From contig CAYQCJ010000004.1 in the NCBI GenBank assembly GCA_964416025.1, positions 1 through 55,190 on the forward strand: a DNA stretch of 55,190 bases. Direction: 5' to 3'. How positions within the stretch are numbered: position 1 is the first letter of the stretch; every line of letters begins with the position of its first letter. Both the position numbers and the translations under genes were made by a program. Source of the DNA: an uncultured Staphylococcaceae bacterium. Lineage in GTDB: Bacteria; Bacillota_I; Bacilli_A; RFN20; CAG-826. A model generated the notes under the pieces. The model did not search any database. It saw only the letters and a program-made list of their open reading frames with translations, and was not told the DNA's origin. Shown here piece by piece: positions 49,068 to 55,190 of this stretch.

Positions 49068-50441
49068 TTAATTTTCCTCCTTTAAGAATTCGTTAATGTA
49101 ATTAACACCAGACTTTACTTCCTCTAATAATTTGAATTTCTTTTCTTTATCTTTATTAAATTTTTCGTACCTTGTTTGTGCATAAAAAATTAATTCATCA
49201 GTTTTAGTTAAGATGAAAGAAAATAATTTCTTAGATAAAGACTTCATATCATCTTTATATTTAATCAATTGTCCAAAAGAATGGACCATTCTACAACTCA
49301 AGTTATAAATATGCAAAATATCTTCATCGTTTTTGATAGCTTCTTTAGCTACGATTGTAAAAGAAACATTCTTCAAAAAGACGAGATAAAGGGGATTTTT
49401 TGCACTTATACAAAACTCATAAAAGTTTTCTTTAACCAAATTTTTGTATACTGATTCATATACTTCCTTAAAATAGTTTCTATCTTCATCATTATTTAAA
49501 TCCATCATCATTACTATTAAATAGATCTTTGTTCTTATATCTCTATCGACTGGTTGAAGTTTCATCAATGATAATTCCACAGATATCAATTCAATATAAG
49601 TTTTGGCACATAACAAAATTGATTCGTATTCTTTTGTTACATATAATTTTCCAATTTGTTCTATAAAACAATTTGAAATACGAAGAATAGAAATGTCTGC
49701 TACATAGTACTTATTTAAATCTTCGCACATCTCTTCAAAAGGATTAATAACTTTATCATATATTAATTTCATTAATTCAGATTGTTCAAGGATATTTTCT
49801 GGATTTGGGGTAACAATTTGCTTGAATTGTTTATAATATCTTTTTGATTTACTTTTTGCTTCTTCCAAATAGATTCCCTTAAAAGTTGAAACCAACTCTT
49901 TAATTTTATTTTCTATTGAGCCATAAATGGGCACAATTGAATTATGAGCAAATATTCCAAAGGCACGATAATTATTTGCTTCCACTTCATCATCAATCAT
50001 ATTAGTAATTTTATTTTCGCTACCTAAAAACTGAAATAAGAAAAAATCATCATCTTTTGCTCTCGAATTCACTAAGCTTCTTGGAATATTAAATTTAGAA
50101 CCCACCATTTCTCTTTCTTTTTGATCAGGAAAACGATCATTAATAGCAACCTTAAATAATAGAAAGTTTTCATCCTCAAATTTTGATCCTTTATTCAAAA
50201 AAGCATTTAAGATTACAAAATCTTCTATAAATTTTCGATAAATTAGAAATGTTGTTGGAACCATTGAATCATCATCATTTAAGCAAATTGCTTTAGCGAG
50301 CGTACTCAATTCGTACACAAAACAGGCTTCAAACAATTCTTTATCGGAAGTTTTTCTAAAATCTGTACCTTTTATAAGATTACAAACGTCATTAAATTTT
50401 CGATAATATTGAACATATTTATGATCGATTTTTGTGTTCAT
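49068..50441 (-). CDS. DUF5677/HEPN-like helical protein, possibly two tandem domains
   Basis: YRKFIED ... YRAFGIFAHNS and KTYIEL ... YNLSCRMVHS motif pairs. Confidence 0.5.
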   Translation of the reverse strand: MNTKIDHKYVQYYRKFNDVCNLIKGTDFRKTSDKELFEACFVYELSTLAKAICLNDDDSMVPTTFLIYRKFIEDFVILNAFLNKGSKFEDENFLLFKVAINDRFPDQKEREMVGSKFNIPRSLVNSRAKDDDFFLFQFLGSENKITNMIDDEVEANNYRAFGIFAHNSIVPIYGSIENKIKELVSTFKGIYLEEAKSKSKRYYKQFKQIVTPNPENILEQSELMKLIYDKVINPFEEMCEDLNKYYVADISILRISNCFIEQIGKLYVTKEYESILLCAKTYIELISVELSLMKLQPVDRDIRTKIYLIVMMMDLNNDEDRNYFKEVYESVYKNLVKENFYEFCISAKNPLYLVFLKNVSFTIVAKEAIKNDEDILHIYNLSCRMVHSFGQLIKYKDDMKSLSKKLFSFILTKTDELIFYAQTRYEKFNKDKEKKFKLLEEVKSGVNYINEFLKEEN

Positions 50442-50650
50442 TCTTTTAAGAAATCCTTTCTCTTAAAACTCTTCACTTTTAATTATTTTTAAAAGAAAAG
50501 ACTAAATTAATATGACTGCTTTTATATATTATAACATGATTATATGGCTGATATATTGTAAAAATATCGATAAAACTCGATAAAATAAGAAATATTTTAA
50601 ATTGGTTTTCCTGTTATAAAAATTTAATTTATATCAAGATTTTTTAAGAA

Positions 50651-50696
50651 AATAAAAGACCAACTGCAAGTTTAGAGACCATAAACTTGCAGTTGG
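50651..50696 (-). terminator. Strong hairpin terminator
   Basis: 15-bp stem ccaactgcaagttta/taaacttgcagttgg; U-rich tail on the minus strand. Confidence 0.8.
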
Positions 50697-50865
50697 AAAT
50701 CAAAATATGATTTATTTAAAGAATAAACCTTATTATTTAATTAACATTGTGGAAGCCATATCCTATATATGTTGAATTTCCGTAAAAGTCGGTAGATATA
50801 TCAATGTTTTTTTATAATAACAACCAATTTTTCTAACTAGCATTTTGGTCTCTAAGGATACTTTT

Positions 50866-50940
50866 CACATTTTTAGTATAGTTTTTAGTTAGATTTTGCA
50901 CATTTTTAGTATAGTTTTTGATATCAAAAAGCACATTTTT
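50866..50940. repeat. Direct repeats at 33-bp period with an embedded 16-bp palindrome
   Basis: cacatttttagtatagttttt at 50866 and 50899, cacattttt at 50932; tttttgatatcaaaaa at 50915-50930. Confidence 0.8.
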
Positions 50941-50948
50941 CAGAAATA

Positions 50949-53465
50949 TTAATAAAAATCTTTCTTTGAAACAGGGACATAATCAGTAGGATTATATTTA
51001 GTTGTGCTCGAGATTGAGCCACCACCAGTGATATTTCCAAACATCTCACCCCAGCCACCATAATAATTTAAATATTCTTGGAAATCATTGTAATGATTGT
51101 AAGTATAGAAAAGATATCTACTGTTTGTATCAGTAATATCTTTATTGTTAGAATCATAACGAGTATAGACAATACGCGCTGCTCCTCTAGTTATCTTAGT
51201 TCCAGTATTATATAAAGCTGGTGTATAACCTGAATCGCAATCGGTACCAGTGGTACCAATATCTAATTCATAGTATTTATATTTACCATTATTTATTCCA
51301 TAGCAATTAGGCATCTCTGGTTCATAAGGATAATTACTAGTATCTCCACTATAATAATTATGATTTAATCTTAAATATTTTCCCCACACACTCTTAGATG
51401 GTGAAGTGCTTTTGAGGTGGTGTAATTCGCTGGAACATCATTAAAAGCCCAAACATAAGCCGTAACTTCCTCTAATGTAATATAAGCTCCACCTTTATAA
51501 ACAGTCGTTACAATGTGACCATTATAATCACAAACGCTAAAACTATTCTTATCGGTGCTATATCCGTTCTTAGTATTTTTATAAAAAGCATTATCATTAG
51601 CCGTGTCTTTTGGTTGAAATGAAGAAATAGTAGGTGCTTGATCAGGAACTGTTATCGAGCCACTCATAAAATTATGTATTCCTCTATAATATGAATCCAT
51701 ATAAGAAGTAGCTGGAGTATAAGAAGCATAGAATTCACTAGCAGTAGTTGTTAAATAAGGATCTCCACTAGCTTCTGTTACAGTGATTGTTAATTCATTA
51801 CTAGTAATCGAACCGATAGTTGCGACCACCGTAGCAGTACCAACATTTAAAGGAGTAATAACGTTGTTAGATAAAGAAATAAAGGCACTTCCACCGGTGA
51901 TTTTGTAAGTTAAGCCAGTATCACTTGCTCCAGTTGGATTAAGAATTACGCTTAAAGTTGCACTACCATTTAATGGAATTGTAGTGTTAGAGGCTGATAA
52001 AGAAATACTTTTTAAATCGGGTTTAGTTTCTTCATAACTAGCAACAAATAACTTTACTGTTCCATCACTTACATAACATAAATAACCAGTAATATTTAAA
52101 TAAGTATTATCTGAAGGTAGATTACTAACCTTCATATCAGCTACGATTTTGGTGAATCCACCAAAATCGAAATAGGTTCCACTACTATTGAGTCCATAAT
52201 AAACCTTAGCTAAAGTAACATACTGAAGAGGATCACCATTCTTAAAATTAGATAAAGTTTCAGCGGTCGCAATAGTTGCTTCTTCACTATAATTATTGGT
52301 GATAGGATTTTGAGCTAAATAGACAATATCTATATGATTTCCCGTGTCTTTTCTTTCTCCAAAGATAAAATAGGTACTATTTTCTTCATAAGAATAATAA
52401 CCTCTAAAGATATAAGTTTGACCCACTTTAAACTGAGATAAATCTTGATAAACATCAGTTTCACCATTACGGACATAACCCAATTCCGAACCATCAAAAA
52501 TAATCATTGAAGAGTAACTGATATCAATAATTTGAGCTTTAATACTTAAGGCATCTCCACTCTTAAAATTATTGATATCACTGTATTTAGTTAAATTAGG
52601 TAAAACAAAGCTTCCACCAAATACATAGGAGTGATTAGCAAGTGTTGTATAAGTATATTTTTTTAGTTAAATTATTAAAAGGGACTTCAACATTATCTTT
52701 TCCATCAATACTAACAAGTAAACGTTCTAAGATATAATCATTTTCTGATACAGCACTTATTGAAATAGTACCAGGAATAACATCATTTCCAATACCATTA
52801 GTACCATCACTATTAGTGATCGAAATAACTCCATTATTTATATTTGAGGCCACATTGACCGAGGATTTTGAAATATCTGAATAAACTCCGATACTTAAAT
52901 AAGCAATATATTCTTTACTATTTTTATCAGCATATTTGATTGTTAATGTTGATGTTCAAACTTCTTTACAAGTTAATTTTGTTTTATCAGTTGTATCTAA
53001 AATAATTGATGATCCGTCTATTTGAATAGAAGTTGGAACAACACTATTTTCATCTAAACTAACTTTTAAAGTGAGTGAGTTGCCAACAATTGGAGTTCCT
53101 TCATAACCCACTTTAAATTCACTAATAACTTCTTTGTCTTTTAGAATAACTTCAATATTTACATCTTAATCAGGCATGGTAAAAGTAAATGTAGGAACAA
53201 TTAATAACGAAGTTCCGTCCTTTAATACTTTATCTATTTCTTTATTAGTATTAGTTACATTAATTGAGAAAGATACTTTATCGCCTTTCTTATAACCATC
53301 ATTATTTAAACCAATAATTTCAAAGTCTTTACTATCATTAAAAGTAACATTATTTATTCCATTATTTAAGTTACAACTAGTTAAATTAGCTGATACTGTT
53401 GAGAGTAATACAAATGAGGTCGACAAACACAAAAACAACTTTATTTTTCTATAAGATTTTTTCAT
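50949..53465 (-). pseudogene. Pseudogene of an ~838-aa surface lipoprotein with Ig-like domains and a C-terminal barnase/RNase Sa-like ribonuclease
   Basis: Four ORF fragments join into one frame: TAA at 53166-53168, TGA at 52956-52958, +1 in T7 run 52658-52664, -1 at T4 run 51410-51413; lipobox LTSC; YYELDIG...RGAARIVY...FYTYNHYNDF. Confidence 0.85.
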
Positions 53466-53529
53466 AAATTAAATTATACAACATCGAGATTTTAAGAGCA
53501 AAATAAATAACAAACCACAAAAATTAGAA

Positions 53530-54112
53530 CTATTTAGCTTTCTTTTCTTCCAAAACATTTTCAACAAATAAATTAACTATGTCTGAATATGGGTCATCAT
53601 TTCCAATATTATTTTGCGAAATGGTATTTTTAATTGCTATTTCTCTTTTATTCTTTAATAAAGAAAATACATCCTTACTTTTCTTGTATTCAGGTATATT
53701 TTTTCTTAACTCAATTAATAATTGTGCTGAATTTAAGCTGTGTGAATGGCTTACAAAGTGATTTAAAAACCATAATTCAAAACAAGGATTAGAAAAAACG
53801 ATGGTTATATCTTTTGGAAGAAATTTCTTTATTTCTTTTATTTTAGCAACCTCAATTTTGTCATCATCACCATCAACAAAAATGAGTGTTTTATCCGTTT
53901 TTGTATTGTATCCATAATATTTTCTTTTTGTAGTTATTGCTTTGATAATATTTTCACAATTTGTATCGTTTGTAGGCAAAAAACATAATACTATAATTTT
54001 TATCAACCGGTTCAAAATGATTTAAATATATGTTCTCGGTTTTATTAAACTTACCTTCAAAAGATATTATTATCAAACTCCTTTGTTTAAACTTTTTGCC
54101 CACCTTCATCAT
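53530..54112 (-). pseudogene. rloB: RloB-family (AbiLii-like TOPRIM) gene split by a +1 frameshift
   Basis: Upstream frame from ATG 54112 gives ISFEGKFNKTENIYLNHF and switches at the T6 run 53978-53983 into the frame with FVDGD and SNPCFELWFLNHF. Confidence 0.8.
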
Positions 54113-54113
54113 C

Positions 54114-55190
54114 TTATTTGCTTCTCATTTCTAAAGAATCAATATTTGGAGAAGTATTAAATCTTCCGACAACATAGGCTTTTTCTAAATTTTCAGAACT
54201 TCTTAAATGAAAATCACTTAACGATCTAATATATGTCGAACATTTTTCAGAATCTTTATAAACAAAATTAATTTGTTCTCTTCTAAATAAATTTAAGTCA
54301 AGCAAAGAAACTTCGTGAGAACTAAATATTAACTGAGAATTAAAGGTATTAATATTTTCATCAAGGAAGCATTGAATTATAAATTTTGTTAAATCAGGAT
54401 GAAAAGACGATTCTAATTCGTCCACTATTAAAACTGAAGGCATCGATAGAACGCGATATAAAAACTCAGAGAGAATTAATATTTTACGTGTTCCTAAAGA
54501 TTCGTTTGTAAATTCTAAAGAATATTTTTTATTACCAACTTTGTGATCAAAATATAAAAGATTGGAAGGTTGAATTATAAACGGAATATTTTGATTAATA
54601 TCTCTTTTATTCTTTTCTATATGAAAATCATTAATATTAAAATCAGCAGCATTTAGCAACTTTATCGTAAATTCTTTTAACTTTTCATCGATATTCTCAG
54701 TTTTTGGAAAAGCATTAAAGTTACTATCAAACACTGGTGTAATATTTATTAATCTATTGGCAAAAAAAGCATAAGCATCTGATAAATCATCAATTTCGAA
54801 ATTAGCAAACATCGATAAAAAAGTCTTATCTGGTTTAATAGAAACTTTAAGGGCATTTAATAATTGGATATTAGAAACATTGGACCCAAAGACTACATTT
54901 ATCGAATTGTCAGTATCAATTTTTCTTTCAAAAATTAAAGAAAACTTTTGTGAAGTTAATTTTTCTAAACGTTCAAATAAAATTTTTGAAGCATCATACT
55001 TAACAAAATATTTAAATATAGTCGACTCTTCATTATCTAAGGAAAATTCTATTCCGAAAGATATTGGCTTATTTTTAATATCACAAAAAGCAAAAGGAGT
55101 ATAAGGCAAAGGATTATTCGGCAAAAGAGGAACAACTAGTTCTCTGAGTGCCGCAAAAGATTTGATAATATTACTTTTTCCAGAAGCATT
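54114..55190 (-). CDS. AAA_21 / RloA-like ATPase, 5'-truncated by the window end
   Basis: Frame is open to the window edge with NASGKSN (Walker A); ESLGTRK signature, VDELESSFHP, QLIFSSH. Confidence 0.9.
   Translation of the reverse strand, partial: NASGKSNIIKSFAALRELVVPLLPNNPLPYTPFAFCDIKNKPISFGIEFSLDNEESTIFKYFVKYDASKILFERLEKLTSQKFSLIFERKIDTDNSINVVFGSNVSNIQLLNALKVSIKPDKTFLSMFANFEIDDLSDAYAFFANRLINITPVFDSNFNAFPKTENIDEKLKEFTIKLLNAADFNINDFHIEKNKRDINQNIPFIIQPSNLLYFDHKVGNKKYSLEFTNESLGTRKILILSEFLYRVLSMPSVLIVDELESSFHPDLTKFIIQCFLDENINTFNSQLIFSSHEVSLLDLNLFRREQINFVYKDSEKCSTYIRSLSDFHLRSSENLEKAYVVGRFNTSPNIDSLEMRSK

Noticed and set aside
40179-50441. Integron-like cassette array
   Set aside because: No shared repeat (attC-like) found among the intergenic spacers and no integrase seen
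50866-50940. Mini CRISPR array
   Set aside because: Only 2-3 units, 21-bp repeat with 12-bp spacers, no cas genes in the window
50949-53465. Stop-codon recoding (TGA=Trp or readthrough) explaining the split RNase gene
   Set aside because: One TGA, one TAA and two frameshifts are involved, and other genes use TGG for Trp, so pseudogenisation is simpler

Overview
Low-GC bacterial DNA read with the standard code; an uncultured gut or rumen Bacilli lineage is an inference from gene content. It has two halves. 1-30.6 kb is host-type sequence: an SDR, a PPTase, a 4-gene surface operon (three proteins with SipW-class-like signal peptides plus a BspA-type LRR lipoprotein), a stand-alone E2-like acyltransferase, tRNA-Thr(GGT), a FecCD-type ABC importer, rimO, malQ, an unannotated 44-aa gene with its own promoter and terminator, an Fe-ADH, an ABC-2 exporter, a close homologue of the Cutibacterium acnes linoleate isomerase PAI, and a 1475-aa Ig-repeat lipoprotein. 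A dispersed ~40-bp G-tract repeat occurs at several gene ends. 30.7-55.2 kb is an all-minus-strand, defence-island-like block: AbiEi/AbiEii, MoxR AAA + vWA-metallopeptidase + unsecreted LRR, two membrane-less FtsH-like AAA-M41 proteins, four PD-(D/E)XK-type nucleases, a DUF5677-like protein, a pseudogenised surface RNase lipoprotein, and an AAA_21/RloB pair with a frameshifted rloB. The most unexpected element is a SAM-I (S-box)-like riboswitch lacking P4, with promoter, terminator and antiterminator, in the middle of this block and far from any methionine or SAM gene. No CRISPR array, rRNA, integrase or transposase was seen. All family calls come from motif recognition, not database searches.
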